Position numbers and translations under genes: made by a program. A stretch of 64,000 nt of DNA from a virus, in IMG/VR virus record IMGVR_UViG_3300025769_010106, positions 1-64,000 of that record; one strand, 5' to 3'. Positions 1 through 9,928 of this stretch are shown here, piece after piece; positions within the stretch are counted from its first letter, which is position 1; the number at the start of each line of letters is the position of its first letter. The notes below the pieces were generated by a model. That model searched no databases. It had not been told where the DNA came from and worked only from the letters and a program-made list of their open reading frames with translations.

Positions 1-2
1 AA

Positions 3-239
3 CTTAATGAACGTGATGAACGTTTAGTCAGTTTAATTGTAACTGAAAGTATAGCTGATTATATGGTATTAAGTGAAGATTCAAATTTAGTAGAAGCAGT
101 AGTTTATGAAACCGAGCAGGGTCATACTATGGAGTTCCCCGCAACCACTGACATTAGTGATACTGATGCTGAAAAGATTTTCGAAAGTATATCTAAATTT
201 TTCCAGGATTTTGAACTAGAGGTCAGCGGCAACCAATAA
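3..239 (+). CDS. 3' end of an acidic hypothetical protein, truncated by the window start
   Basis: Open frame 3 from the window start to TAA at 237-239 (read manually). Confidence 0.7.
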   Translation, partial: LNERDERLVSLIVTESIADYMVLSEDSNLVEAVVYETEQGHTMEFPATTDISDTDAEKIFESISKFFQDFELEVSGNQ

Positions 240-246
240 GTAGCTA

Positions 247-1452
247 ATGATTACATGGTTGTTTGATCGTAAAAATCAGTGGGGGGTCATACCCAATCTG
301 ATTTCTAGGACAGATATTGTTCCGAACAGTAAAGAATGGTGGGACCTGTGTGTTCAACCACCTTATAGTTATGAATTCAGATTCTTAAAATATTGTTCTT
401 TTGATAAAGTTGAATATAAACTTAGCCTTGTGTCTGATATCTGGCAAGCGCCAGCATATTATCCAGTCAATTTAAATTTCTGGGATAGTACGTTAGACTA
501 CTTCAGCTATATGTCACCAGACAGTCTTGCTAAACTACAGCGTGGTGATTTCAAAATATTATTTTATTACAGTGAAGGCGACGATGTTAATATTGAAATT
601 AAAGACCATATTAATAGACTAGCCAGTCTGCATAATATTGATAATAATAATATTATAGTAGTTTCTGCAAATTGGTTATCTTCTGACGAAAGAAATTTCT
701 TTTATTTTCCTGATGATGAATTATACTATAGATATATAAACCTGATGAAAAAAGACAGTGACTGGGTGAAAGAAATTAATTTTAGCCCTAGACACTATAA
801 GAGTACTTGCCTAATAAGAGCTGACAAAATATGGCGAAAGATCTTTGCAAGTTACTTTGTGCGCCTAGGCCTTAATAATCATAGTCAGTTTAGCTATAAT
901 AATTATAATTACGAAACTCCATTCATTGAAGAGGATGATATTAAATATTGGTCTAGACTTGATGATGAGCTGTTACAGGTGATATCTAGTTTTGAATTAC
1001 ATCTACCATATAAGTGTGATGACTTATTAGATTCCGACCATAACAATCATAAGTTAATAAATAGGAGGTTCTTTAACGAAAGTTATTGGAACATTGTAGT
1101 GGAAACACACTTCAATCAGAAAACTGTTTTCTTGACAGAAAAGACATTTAAGCCTATACTTAACTTACAACCATTTATTATACTTGGCCCACCGGATACT
1201 CTTAAATTACTCAAACATTTGGGGTATCAAACTTTTGATCAGGTACTAGATGAAAAATATGACAATATTACTGATGACATTGATAGAATGCATGCAGTAA
1301 TTGAAGCTAGCTACAGTTTAGATCAAAGAAACGATCAGGAACATATTAATTTACAGCATCTAATGGCAAAAGCTTTAATGCATAATCAGCAACACTTTCT
1401 AAGACCAAAAGTCAGTAGAATAAAAAACCTATTAGCACAGTTGGAATACTAA
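247..1452 (+). CDS. Hypothetical phage protein, possibly glycosyltransferase-like; paralogue of 49867-50925
   Basis: C-terminal VVET..FLTEKTFKPI...QPFII.G..GY.TF..DE.YD motif shared with 49867-50925. Confidence 0.55.
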   Translation: MITWLFDRKNQWGVIPNLISRTDIVPNSKEWWDLCVQPPYSYEFRFLKYCSFDKVEYKLSLVSDIWQAPAYYPVNLNFWDSTLDYFSYMSPDSLAKLQRGDFKILFYYSEGDDVNIEIKDHINRLASLHNIDNNNIIVVSANWLSSDERNFFYFPDDELYYRYINLMKKDSDWVKEINFSPRHYKSTCLIRADKIWRKIFASYFVRLGLNNHSQFSYNNYNYETPFIEEDDIKYWSRLDDELLQVISSFELHLPYKCDDLLDSDHNNHKLINRRFFNESYWNIVVETHFNQKTVFLTEKTFKPILNLQPFIILGPPDTLKLLKHLGYQTFDQVLDEKYDNITDDIDRMHAVIEASYSLDQRNDQEHINLQHLMAKALMHNQQHFLRPKVSRIKNLLAQLEY

Positions 1453-2123
1453 TGACCTCAATACACTTTGCAACACCATGCTACGGGGGACAGATCAACG
1501 AAGTCTGTTTTCAAAGTTATTTGCAGTGGACTATAATGGCGATGCAACACAATCTTGCGTTTACAGTTGACACACTAAGCAATGAAAGTAATATCAACAG
1601 AGGACGTAACAGTTGTGCAGCAAAGTTTCTCAAAGGTGATTGCACACACCTAATGTTTGTGGATGCTGATATCGGTTGGAACCCTGTTGACGTTGTAAAA
1701 CTAGTGAGTCTTCAAAAAGATATTGTAGTAGGCGCTTATCCTCAAAAGACAATGCCTGCGAAGTATGTGGTAAACGTTACTAAAGATGGAGAGCATGACG
1801 GCGATCTAGTAGAAGTAGACAGTGCAGGTACAGGCTTTATGCTTATTAGGCGTAATGTATTTGAACGGCTTATTGAAGAAGGTGCAGCTAAATACCATGA
1901 CGATATTGGTTTAGATGCGGAAACAAATGCTAACCAATACGACTTTTTTAATTGTACAGTAGAAGGCGGACAATATCTTACAGAAGATTACAGTTTTTGC
2001 CATAGTGTAAGACGTGCTGGATTTAAAATTTGGTTAGATAAAACTATTAACTTGACACACACCGGTTACTGGCGTTTCCCCGGTGATACTGCATTATTAG
2101 AGGATCTATATGGAAAATATTGA
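1452..2123 (+). CDS. GT-A fold glycosyltransferase-like protein
   Basis: ATPCYGG start, FVDADIGW DxD motif, GTGFMLI, TEDYSFC. Confidence 0.75.
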   Translation: MTSIHFATPCYGGQINEVCFQSYLQWTIMAMQHNLAFTVDTLSNESNINRGRNSCAAKFLKGDCTHLMFVDADIGWNPVDVVKLVSLQKDIVVGAYPQKTMPAKYVVNVTKDGEHDGDLVEVDSAGTGFMLIRRNVFERLIEEGAAKYHDDIGLDAETNANQYDFFNCTVEGGQYLTEDYSFCHSVRRAGFKIWLDKTINLTHTGYWRFPGDTALLEDLYGKY

Positions 2124-2568
2124 ATTTTTATTGAATTTAAAATGTGGAGCAGGTCCAGATGGATACCCTGATGTAAAGATTGGAATCATTACACATGATC
2201 CATTTGTTGAAAATGTCTATTGGCAGGGAAAAATTGAAGGCGATAAATTAGTTAAGTTCAATGCCGATATTGAAGAGGGCGATTTTGACCTTTTCATTGA
2301 TTTTGAAGGTAATCCTACTGATAAACTAATTGTAGACAAAAGTACAGGAATACCAATTAATGTTGGAGAACTAAGTATAGTTCAAATAGCTATTGATGAA
2401 ATACAACTAGAACACAGTTTTTATACTAAATCTACATTCTACGTAGATGAATCAGAGATATGGGTAGACAATAAGATTCAAACAGAGTGTATTAACTTTG
2501 GAAATAAAGGCGTATGGCGCTTACCTATGTTTATTCCTGTTTACTTATGGCTACTCGAAAATCTATAA
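2110..2568 (+). CDS. Hypothetical protein
   Basis: 152-aa ORF coupled to its neighbours. Confidence 0.6.
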   Translation: MENIEFLLNLKCGAGPDGYPDVKIGIITHDPFVENVYWQGKIEGDKLVKFNADIEEGDFDLFIDFEGNPTDKLIVDKSTGIPINVGELSIVQIAIDEIQLEHSFYTKSTFYVDESEIWVDNKIQTECINFGNKGVWRLPMFIPVYLWLLENL

Positions 2569-2571
2569 ATA
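2564..2571 (+). promoter_or_regulatory. T4-type late promoter TATAAATA
   Basis: Exact T4 late consensus, 4 nt before ATG 2576. Confidence 0.7.
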
Positions 2572-2575
2572 CTGT

Positions 2576-5170
2576 ATGAAAATCTATGAGGCAGAAGGTA
2601 AAACAGCAGTAATAGCTTTTGGTAGGATGAATCCTCCTACTATCGGTCATGCAAAATTAGCTGATAAAATAGCTAGTTTGCCTGGTGATCCGTATATCTT
2701 TCTAAGTCATAGTCAAAAACCCAAGACAGATCCCCTAAGTTTTGAACAAAAAGCAGGATATGCCAAGGCATTCTTCCCTAATGTAACTGTGGGTGATCCT
2801 GAAGTACGCACTGCTATTCAAGCGTTTAGTAAAATTTCAGACATGGGCTACAGCAACCTAATATATGTTGCTGGTAGCGACCGTGTGGACGACTTCCAAA
2901 AACTACTTTCAACATACAATGGTCAGCCTGATAAAGAAGGCAATGTAGCATATAACTTTGACAATATAAAGGTTGTCAGTGCTGGCGCCAGAGATCCTGA
3001 TGCAGAAGGTGCTGAAGGTATGAGTGCTAGTAAAATGAGAGCCGCCGCAGCAAGTGGCGACTTTGAATCGTTTAAGAGTGGTACACCCGATCCCAAACTT
3101 GCTCAGGCAATGTATAGAGATGTTCGTAATGGATTGGGTATGATGGAGAGTCTTGCACGTATCATTGAAGTTGCTACAATGCTAAAAAGTTTAGATGAAG
3201 TTAAACCCATTACAGAGGACGTTAAGAAAGCCTTTGGTGTAGTAGTTGAAGCCTGGAGCGAAAAGTATAAGCGTAGCATAAACTGTAACAATCCAAAAGG
3301 ATTTAGCCAACGTGCTCACTGTGCTGGCCGCAAAAAGAACAAAGGCGTAAACGAAGATGCAACGTCCTCTGATCTTTCCAGCGTATATACACCAAGTATT
3401 CCTGAAATTGCTAAAAAACATAATATATCACTGCAACAGGTTGTTGATCAACTAAAAAAGGGTCTTGCCAAAGAATCAGAACATACTAAAAACTTTGATG
3501 TAGCCTTAGAGATAGCAATGGATCATGTAGCAGAAATTCCTGACTATTATGATAGAATAGAAGATATTGAAGGACCTTATGTAGAGCCAGATCCCAAAGG
3601 CTACCAAAAAGACTTGTTGACTATGCCACAAAGAGCTGTGGTAATAGACACTCCCGGTGAGCTTGACTGGTATAAGATTGGTCAACACTATCCAAATCTA
3701 GGACAAGAAGATCCACATGAATATGGACAAAGCGAAACTGATATGGTTATTGTTCCTCCCAGTGAGGAGATGTTAGATAAACTAACCAAGGATCTATCAC
3801 GCTTGGGTATAAAGTGGAAAGTAATCGGTGGCACAAAAGATCAGCCCGAGATCCACAGTGAAAGCGAAGTAGCAGAAACAATACGTAAGACTGGTAGTCA
3901 GTATACTGTTTACAGTAAAAAGGGTAAGCGCATGGGCACTTATCCAAGTAAAAAACAGGCTAAAGAACGTCTAAGACAGATTGAATACTTCAAGCATGTA
4001 GGCGAATCTCAACTAAATGAACGTGCCACTGATATAGTCTATCACTATACCACAATTGGCCCAGCATTGAACATTTTAAAATCCGGTGAGTTTCAGTTAA
4101 GCAGCGTAGCAGGTAGCGTTGAACAGGATATCAATCCCAAAGGTCATAACTTTTTTCTAAGCACTGCCCGCAGCAAAGGTGGCGAATACCACAGCAGAGT
4201 TGGTGATTCAGCAGTAATGTTTGTACTGAATGGGCGCTGGTTTAGTGATCGTTATCCAGTTAAACCAGTGGACTATTGGGCTGGGTTCTCTATTGCTGGA
4301 CGTAACAAAGAAGCAGAGGATCGTATATTCAGCAAAGATCCTACTATGCCCATAGACCCTGTTACAAGTATACATGTTTTATTAAAAGAACAAAATCCAT
4401 TTGCTAGTGCTAAGACCAGACAGTTTCTAATACGAGCAAAAACACTGGGTATACCAACTTACTTGTATAAAGATGAATCTGCGTGGAGACTACAAAATAC
4501 TGCCAAAGCAGTCAGTGTAGCGCAAATGAAAAGTGAACTAAGTGGCCCAGAAACGTTTCGTACAGGTGGTAGCGGATCACGCTGGTTATTACCCTGGCTC
4601 GAAGTTATATTTGGCAAAACTGACGCTGATCTAGGTAAAAAAGCCAAAGACTTGGTAAGAGGTTTCCGCTATTATCATAACGATGGCGATGACCACGGAC
4701 TAGGAAATGAACTTAGCAATGCTAGAAAGCCTGGCAATTTAGACCGAGAAGATGCGGTTAAGATTCTAAAGTTCATGCGACAAAATCGTATGCTTACACA
4801 CAAAGATCTAGTAAACTATCTAGTAGACAAGTGGAAAGTAAAAGACGAATCCATAAACGAAGCAGGTGTTGGGCGTATTACTAAACAAAACGCAACCAAA
4901 GACGCACCAATTGGTAGCGAGTATGCAAACGTTAAGAAGCTAGGTTTGGGTAGTGGTAAGCCCAAAGAGCTACACGCTAAAGCAAGAAAGAATTCAGATC
5001 CCAATACACTATTCAATCTTGGACTAACAGAAGGACAGTTAAATGAAAAAGGCAGCATCGGCATACCATTGAGCAGTGGTATGACAGTAGTTATTGCGCC
5101 ACACCGTCCACTTAAAGTTAGGAAGAGCAAGAAAAAAGTCAAAATGGTAGGAGCAGGCGGGGAGGAATGA
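2576..5170 (+). CDS. Modular protein: N-terminal cytidyltransferase-like (HIGH) nucleotidyltransferase, several small domains and a putative ADP-ribosyltransferase-like domain
   Basis: FGRMNPPTIGH, VAGSDR and GMSASKMR motifs; later YHYTT..LNILKSG..FLSTAR..EAEDRIF. Start moved to ATG 2576 after the late promoter. Confidence 0.75.
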   Translation: MKIYEAEGKTAVIAFGRMNPPTIGHAKLADKIASLPGDPYIFLSHSQKPKTDPLSFEQKAGYAKAFFPNVTVGDPEVRTAIQAFSKISDMGYSNLIYVAGSDRVDDFQKLLSTYNGQPDKEGNVAYNFDNIKVVSAGARDPDAEGAEGMSASKMRAAAASGDFESFKSGTPDPKLAQAMYRDVRNGLGMMESLARIIEVATMLKSLDEVKPITEDVKKAFGVVVEAWSEKYKRSINCNNPKGFSQRAHCAGRKKNKGVNEDATSSDLSSVYTPSIPEIAKKHNISLQQVVDQLKKGLAKESEHTKNFDVALEIAMDHVAEIPDYYDRIEDIEGPYVEPDPKGYQKDLLTMPQRAVVIDTPGELDWYKIGQHYPNLGQEDPHEYGQSETDMVIVPPSEEMLDKLTKDLSRLGIKWKVIGGTKDQPEIHSESEVAETIRKTGSQYTVYSKKGKRMGTYPSKKQAKERLRQIEYFKHVGESQLNERATDIVYHYTTIGPALNILKSGEFQLSSVAGSVEQDINPKGHNFFLSTARSKGGEYHSRVGDSAVMFVLNGRWFSDRYPVKPVDYWAGFSIAGRNKEAEDRIFSKDPTMPIDPVTSIHVLLKEQNPFASAKTRQFLIRAKTLGIPTYLYKDESAWRLQNTAKAVSVAQMKSELSGPETFRTGGSGSRWLLPWLEVIFGKTDADLGKKAKDLVRGFRYYHNDGDDHGLGNELSNARKPGNLDREDAVKILKFMRQNRMLTHKDLVNYLVDKWKVKDESINEAGVGRITKQNATKDAPIGSEYANVKKLGLGSGKPKELHAKARKNSDPNTLFNLGLTEGQLNEKGSIGIPLSSGMTVVIAPHRPLKVRKSKKKVKMVGAGGEE

Positions 5171-5171
5171 C

Positions 5172-5945
5172 ATGTCAATTACCACTATGGAATTCAAAGA
5201 GCGCAGTTTGCTTTTTGCACAATTAGCAAAGATTGCATACTTAGATGAAAAGGGTGCACGAGCAGCAGCCAAAGTCTTAGGATTCACAACAACAAAATTT
5301 TATGATAGGAATGGTGCACAAGCCTATCGTTTCCAAAACAAAGACGATTGTGTTATTGCATGCAGAGGTACACAGCCTACTGAATTCAATGACATCAAAG
5401 CAGATCTACGTGCACTACCAGTTATAGCTGAAACAGTAAGTAGAGTGCACAAAGGTTTTAAGGTTGAAGTAGATGAACTTTGGCCTATGATACTAGAAGA
5501 CATTAAAAAAGCAAAACAAAAACTATGGTTCTGCGGACACAGTTTGGGTGCAGCAATGGCAACTATTATGGCTAGCCGCTGTCACTTGTACGAAGGTATC
5601 CCAGTTGTAGAAGAGCTATATACATATGGAAGCCCAAGAGTTGGATGGCGTAAATATGTTAACAGTTTAAAAGTTACACACCATCGTTGGGTGAACAATA
5701 ACGATATTGTTACTCGTGTGCCACTAGCAATCATGTTTTACGTACACCATGGCGAGGAACACTATTTGAACACTTGGGGTAATGTACGTGCTCCAACAGG
5801 ATGGCAAAGGACAAAGGACAGATTCCGGGGCATGTGGTTTGGTATTAAGAAGGGACAGATTGATAACTTCTCAGATCACAGCATGGTAAACTACGTGGCT
5901 TATCTAGAAAATTATGCGAATGACTTAGAAACACCACAAATATAA
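5172..5945 (+). CDS. Class 3 lipase (alpha/beta hydrolase)
   Basis: ACRGT, VHKGF, GHSLGAA nucleophile elbow, YTYGSPRVG, NNNDIV, DHSM. Confidence 0.9.
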   Translation: MSITTMEFKERSLLFAQLAKIAYLDEKGARAAAKVLGFTTTKFYDRNGAQAYRFQNKDDCVIACRGTQPTEFNDIKADLRALPVIAETVSRVHKGFKVEVDELWPMILEDIKKAKQKLWFCGHSLGAAMATIMASRCHLYEGIPVVEELYTYGSPRVGWRKYVNSLKVTHHRWVNNNDIVTRVPLAIMFYVHHGEEHYLNTWGNVRAPTGWQRTKDRFRGMWFGIKKGQIDNFSDHSMVNYVAYLENYANDLETPQI

Positions 5946-5971
5946 AGTAATCATCAATAGGGAGAACTAAG

Positions 5972-6298
5972 ATGAAGACCCTAATAAATCCACAACTTAA
6001 TTTAACAGAGGAGAAAGTGTATGATGAACAACTTAAACTATGTATTAAAGAACTTGAACAACTTGTTGAGGATTTTACAGGGAAACCTAAACCAGGTAGT
6101 CGCCCGGGCAGTTTAAAACGCAAGGCAGCGCAGTATCTAGGTAAAGGAGCAGGAGAAGAACTAAGCAGAACAGAACTAAAACAATTACGTGCTAAGGCAA
6201 ACAAAATGAAAAAGAGCTCACGCAAGGACGAACGTGCCCGCGGAGTACAACTAGCACGTCAGGTAAGTTTTGCTTTTAACATGAGAGACAGCAAATGA
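5972..6298 (+). CDS. Small basic protein, putative virion-internal
   Basis: GGAG RBS; acidic N-part ending LVE, then K/R-rich domain. Confidence 0.6.
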   Translation: MKTLINPQLNLTEEKVYDEQLKLCIKELEQLVEDFTGKPKPGSRPGSLKRKAAQYLGKGAGEELSRTELKQLRAKANKMKKSSRKDERARGVQLARQVSFAFNMRDSK

Positions 6299-6531
6299 AA
6301 TTGAACTTTGATATTAAATGTAGTGATTACACAAATACACCAGCGTACAGAGTATTTGTAAATGGTGAACTAATGACTGAACGTGACTTCGTTATACCCA
6401 ATAACCAGTTCAGTCACTATAACTTTACAGGATTTATTGATAGTGAAACAGCAGATATACAAGTTGAGAGCGTTACACCAGGTGTTACATTTACATACGA
6501 CAATGTGAGATTGACCAATGAGAGCGAATGA
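6295..6531 (+). CDS. Hypothetical protein
   Basis: ATGA overlap with upstream gene. Confidence 0.6.
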   Translation: MKLNFDIKCSDYTNTPAYRVFVNGELMTERDFVIPNNQFSHYNFTGFIDSETADIQVESVTPGVTFTYDNVRLTNESE

Positions 6532-6727
6532 ATTTATTAAAGAAACAGCAAGTGCTGGTGCTACCACAAGCGGAAATGTTGCTGTAGTAGTGAATCCAGC
6601 AGTTGCTCGCAGTAAGAAAAAACCAAAGATGCAAAAACCTACAGATAATGCATTAGATGGTGATGTAAGTTTATTTGGTGGCGAAGTAATTAAACGTAAT
6701 TCAAAAAAGCCACTGGCCACATTATAG
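6518..6727 (+). CDS. Small protein with capsid-targeting-like N-terminus
   Basis: MRANEFIKE resembles the T4 internal protein CTS MKTYQEFIAE. Confidence 0.55.
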   Translation: MRANEFIKETASAGATTSGNVAVVVNPAVARSKKKPKMQKPTDNALDGDVSLFGGEVIKRNSKKPLATL

Positions 6728-6735
6728 TATAAATA
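6728..6735 (+). promoter_or_regulatory. T4-type late promoter TATAAATA
   Basis: Exact consensus, inside the palindrome TATAGTAT-AA-ATACTATA (6723-6740). Confidence 0.7.
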
Positions 6736-6762
6736 CTATATTATTTTATTTAGGAAGATATC

Positions 6763-7155
6763 ATGAGTAACGACATAGCAAATACTTATAAAAAACTACA
6801 ACAGATTGCAGAAGGTCACCTAGGTGACATGGCTGATCGTTGTGAGACAGATCATGAAGTGCAAATGGCCCGTGCAGATCTATATAGGATAGGAAAATAT
6901 GCTATTGAGCTTCATGACATGCTACGAAACGTAAGCGAGGAACAGGGCTTAGAGGGTTGGGTACAAGCTAAGATTACCAAGGCAGCAGATTACATTGGCA
7001 GTGTTAAGCATCATCTAGAGTATGAGATGAGCGGAATGAATTCTGACAATCAGGAAGCGATGCCAGCAGATGCATTAGATGCACTTGAGTCTGCAGAGCC
7101 AGTTCAAGAGACCCGCAAACTCAAAACAAAGTATTCAGATTGGAGTAAGAGATGA
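6763..7155 (+). CDS. Hypothetical acidic late protein
   Basis: AGGA RBS; LEGWVQAKITKAADY motif; IAE and LE sites. Confidence 0.65.
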   Translation: MSNDIANTYKKLQQIAEGHLGDMADRCETDHEVQMARADLYRIGKYAIELHDMLRNVSEEQGLEGWVQAKITKAADYIGSVKHHLEYEMSGMNSDNQEAMPADALDALESAEPVQETRKLKTKYSDWSKR

Positions 7156-7760
7156 GCAATTCATTCGCAGACCTAGTAAAAAAGCTCAATGCTATTAGTG
7201 CTGATGAAGATCAAGTATCAGTAACCGGTGAAGAAGTATACAAGCCAGTTGAAGAAGCAGTAGTAGGCACTCGTGAGACAGCCAGTATTCTCAAGGTGTT
7301 TAATGAACTTGAAGAAGCAGCAAAGCCAGACTATATTGATTTAGATGGCGATGGCGATAAAGAAGAATCCATGAAGAAGGCTGCCGCTGACAAGAAAGCC
7401 AAGAAGGAATCTGTAGCTGAAGACAAAGCTAACGAAGATGTGCTAGGTGATATTGCTAGTCGATATCGTGACTTTATGAAGAGTGAAGTAGCACAGGGTA
7501 ATGATCTAACCACAGTTGATAGCGCAGTTAAAGAAGCCACAAGTTCTGCAACAGCAATCGATGATAGTTTTCAAAAGATGTTTAATATGATGGGCCGTCT
7601 TATGAAAGTTACAGCAGAAGGTGCAGTGCTTAGTAAAATGGTAGACCGTGAAGGCGGTGACGCTGCATGGATTGCAGATGCACATCAAAAACTAATTGAA
7701 GCTATGGAAGCTCTAGAAGAAGCACACATGTATAGCAACCCACCAAGGGAAGATGACTAA
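7152..7760 (+). CDS. Acidic late protein with EF-hand-like DLDGDGDKEE motif
   Basis: KPDYIDLDGDGDKEESMKKA; multiple xxE-A sites. Confidence 0.65.
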   Translation: MSNSFADLVKKLNAISADEDQVSVTGEEVYKPVEEAVVGTRETASILKVFNELEEAAKPDYIDLDGDGDKEESMKKAAADKKAKKESVAEDKANEDVLGDIASRYRDFMKSEVAQGNDLTTVDSAVKEATSSATAIDDSFQKMFNMMGRLMKVTAEGAVLSKMVDREGGDAAWIADAHQKLIEAMEALEEAHMYSNPPREDD

Positions 7761-7765
7761 TTATT

Positions 7766-7957
7766 ATGCGTTCCTCAGAATTTATTTCAAAAGCAATTAC
7801 TGAGGCTGAGTTTGATGAAGCAGCTGGCGAAAAGGATGCCTGCTATCATAAAGTAAAATCACGTTACAAAGTTTGGCCAAGCGCATATGCTAGCGGTGCA
7901 CTTGTAAAGTGTCGCAAGGTTGGCGCAGCTAACTGGGGCAATAAGAGTAAAAAGTAA
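7766..7957 (+). CDS. Small basic Cys-containing protein with CTS-like leader
   Basis: MRSSEFISKAITEAEFDE then KDACYHKVKSRYKVWPSAYASGALVKCRK. Confidence 0.65.
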   Translation: MRSSEFISKAITEAEFDEAAGEKDACYHKVKSRYKVWPSAYASGALVKCRKVGAANWGNKSKK

Positions 7958-8214
7958 TGCGGGTCCACGAGTTTACAACCAACGAAGATCTACGCAAGTG
8001 GTTTAAGGACAAATGGGTTCGTTTCGGTCCTGATGGTAAAATTCGTGGCGACTGTGCTAGGGATAGTGACAGTGAAGGCAAGCCCAAGTGTTTACCACAA
8101 AGTAAAGCACATGCACTAGGCAAAAAGAAACGTGCTACAGCAGCAAGTAGAAAGCGTAGAGAAGATCCCAAAAAGAACAGACGCGGTAAAGCCAAGAATG
8201 TGAGAACAAAATGA
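7957..8214 (+). CDS. Small basic Cys-containing protein with CTS-like leader
   Basis: MRVHEFTTNE then DLRKWFKDKWV..C..KPKCLP; TAATG coupling. Confidence 0.65.
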   Translation: MRVHEFTTNEDLRKWFKDKWVRFGPDGKIRGDCARDSDSEGKPKCLPQSKAHALGKKKRATAASRKRREDPKKNRRGKAKNVRTK

Positions 8215-8948
8215 AAGCAAGTGATCTAAAAAGAAATCCAGTTGAAGAAGCAATTAAGGAACATATTGCTCGTGGCATTCCTTTTAGTGAATGCATGTTC
8301 CGTCCTGGTAGTGAAGCATTTACAGAGTTTTATACTCGTGTGCGTAAGATGCGTGAAAGTCTTGACCTAGATTGGCAGGATCAGGAGTTACTTGATACAG
8401 ACATCGGTGAATGTATTATGGTAGAGGGCGAGCGTGTTCCTCTTGATGTTCCTATAGAAGACCTTGCTGAAGGAATGCCAGCCAGTGTTATAAAAAGCAA
8501 ACAACGCAATGCTGAAATGAGTGACGAAGATTTTGCTGAAAGATACAAAGACAAGAGCGATGATGACCTACGCTCAATGGCATGGCGTCATGGATATGGC
8601 AAAGGTAGTAACTATTATGTCAATAAGAAAAAACGTGGACTAGACGAAGAAGTAGAGCTTGACGAAGCAGAGTATCAAGGACGCAAAGTTAAACTGAATT
8701 CACCCAAACGTGGCGGTCCTAAAAAGTTCTATGTATATGTAAAGAATCCAAAGACTGGTCGTGTTAAGAAGATCAGTTGGGGCGATACATCAGGACTAAG
8801 CGTAAAGAGTGGCGATAGGGACAGAGTTCGTTCATTTGTAGCACGTCACAAGTGTAAACAAAAGAACGACAAGATGAAAGCAGGTTACTGGGCATGCCGC
8901 ACACCACGATATAAAGCTCTTGGTGTCAAAGGCGGCCAGTGGTGGTAA
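8211..8948 (+). CDS. Modular late protein with basic C-terminal domain
   Basis: Segments delimited by VEE, LAE and LDE; C-terminal AEYQGRKVKLN..KKFYVYV..ARHKC..GYWAC. Confidence 0.65.
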   Translation: MKASDLKRNPVEEAIKEHIARGIPFSECMFRPGSEAFTEFYTRVRKMRESLDLDWQDQELLDTDIGECIMVEGERVPLDVPIEDLAEGMPASVIKSKQRNAEMSDEDFAERYKDKSDDDLRSMAWRHGYGKGSNYYVNKKKRGLDEEVELDEAEYQGRKVKLNSPKRGGPKKFYVYVKNPKTGRVKKISWGDTSGLSVKSGDRDRVRSFVARHKCKQKNDKMKAGYWACRTPRYKALGVKGGQWW

Positions 8949-8995
8949 ACACTTTTTAATTATAAGTATTTTTTAAACTATATGATGGGAGAACT

Positions 8996-9928
8996 ATGCC
9001 GTTTAATATCCCGACGATTGATATCGGACAATCTTTTTCTAGTGATAGTGTATATGCTGAATCTCAGGCGAACTTACTTAGAGAAATACTGATTGAGTAC
9101 GGATTTTTTTCTGTAAACAATCATAATATCGATACTAAAATAATAAAGACTATTGAATCAAAAGCTAAAGAGTTTTTTAGTTGTAGTCCAGAGCAAAAAA
9201 ATTTATGCATAGGTTATTTAGAATCTACTGGATCCACAAGATTTATACCTGGCAATAGTCATATGCAAAACCTTAGAATAGTGCCAGATCATTTTTTTTC
9301 TAATAATCATAAATTATTGCAGTATGAAAATAGAAGGTTGGAATCAGTTGGTAAAACTATAGATGATTACATGCTTTTACCCAAAGACGATATTGTTGAC
9401 GGATTTGAAAGTGCTACAAGATCATATATTAATGCAATGAGCAGTGTTGCAAATAAACTACTTCCGCTATATGCAAGAGCACTAAACTTAGAATATAACT
9501 ATTTCAATAATTTATTCACTGATCCTTATTGGATTTTCTACTGTAAATATTATCCTCCATATTCAACCTTAGAAAATCAATATGGGTTAGCTGAGCATAG
9601 TGATTTAGATTTTATTACTATTTTACCATTATCAAGTGTGCCAGGCTTAGAGATTTTAGTGGAAAATTCTTGGCAACCTGTAGGTTATAAAGAAAATAGT
9701 ATTTTAGTTTTTACAGGTGATTTCTTACATCGTTGGTCTAACGGTCTTTGCAAAGCAGCAGTACATCGTGTTACAATTCCAGAAACAGATAGGTATTCTT
9801 TTCCTTTTCATTATAATCCTAATTTTGATGTGACTGATGAATCTTTACCAAGTTGTATAAATGAAAACCCTATTGTCGATTCTCCTCTTACGCTATTTGA
9901 TTTTTTACATAAAAGAACATTGTTATGA
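8996..9928 (+). CDS. 2OG-Fe(II) dioxygenase, isopenicillin-N-synthase-like family
   Basis: IPTIDI, GFFSVNNH, YYPP, HSD facial triad, HRV, RYS. Confidence 0.88.
   Translation: MPFNIPTIDIGQSFSSDSVYAESQANLLREILIEYGFFSVNNHNIDTKIIKTIESKAKEFFSCSPEQKNLCIGYLESTGSTRFIPGNSHMQNLRIVPDHFFSNNHKLLQYENRRLESVGKTIDDYMLLPKDDIVDGFESATRSYINAMSSVANKLLPLYARALNLEYNYFNNLFTDPYWIFYCKYYPPYSTLENQYGLAEHSDLDFITILPLSSVPGLEILVENSWQPVGYKENSILVFTGDFLHRWSNGLCKAAVHRVTIPETDRYSFPFHYNPNFDVTDESLPSCINENPIVDSPLTLFDFLHKRTLL

Noticed and set aside
2498-2575. N-terminal extension of the 890-aa ORF (likewise track starts 10056, 10498, 36717, 40625)
   Set aside because: These overlap upstream genes or promoters; downstream ATGs fit the promoter, RBS or gene coupling better
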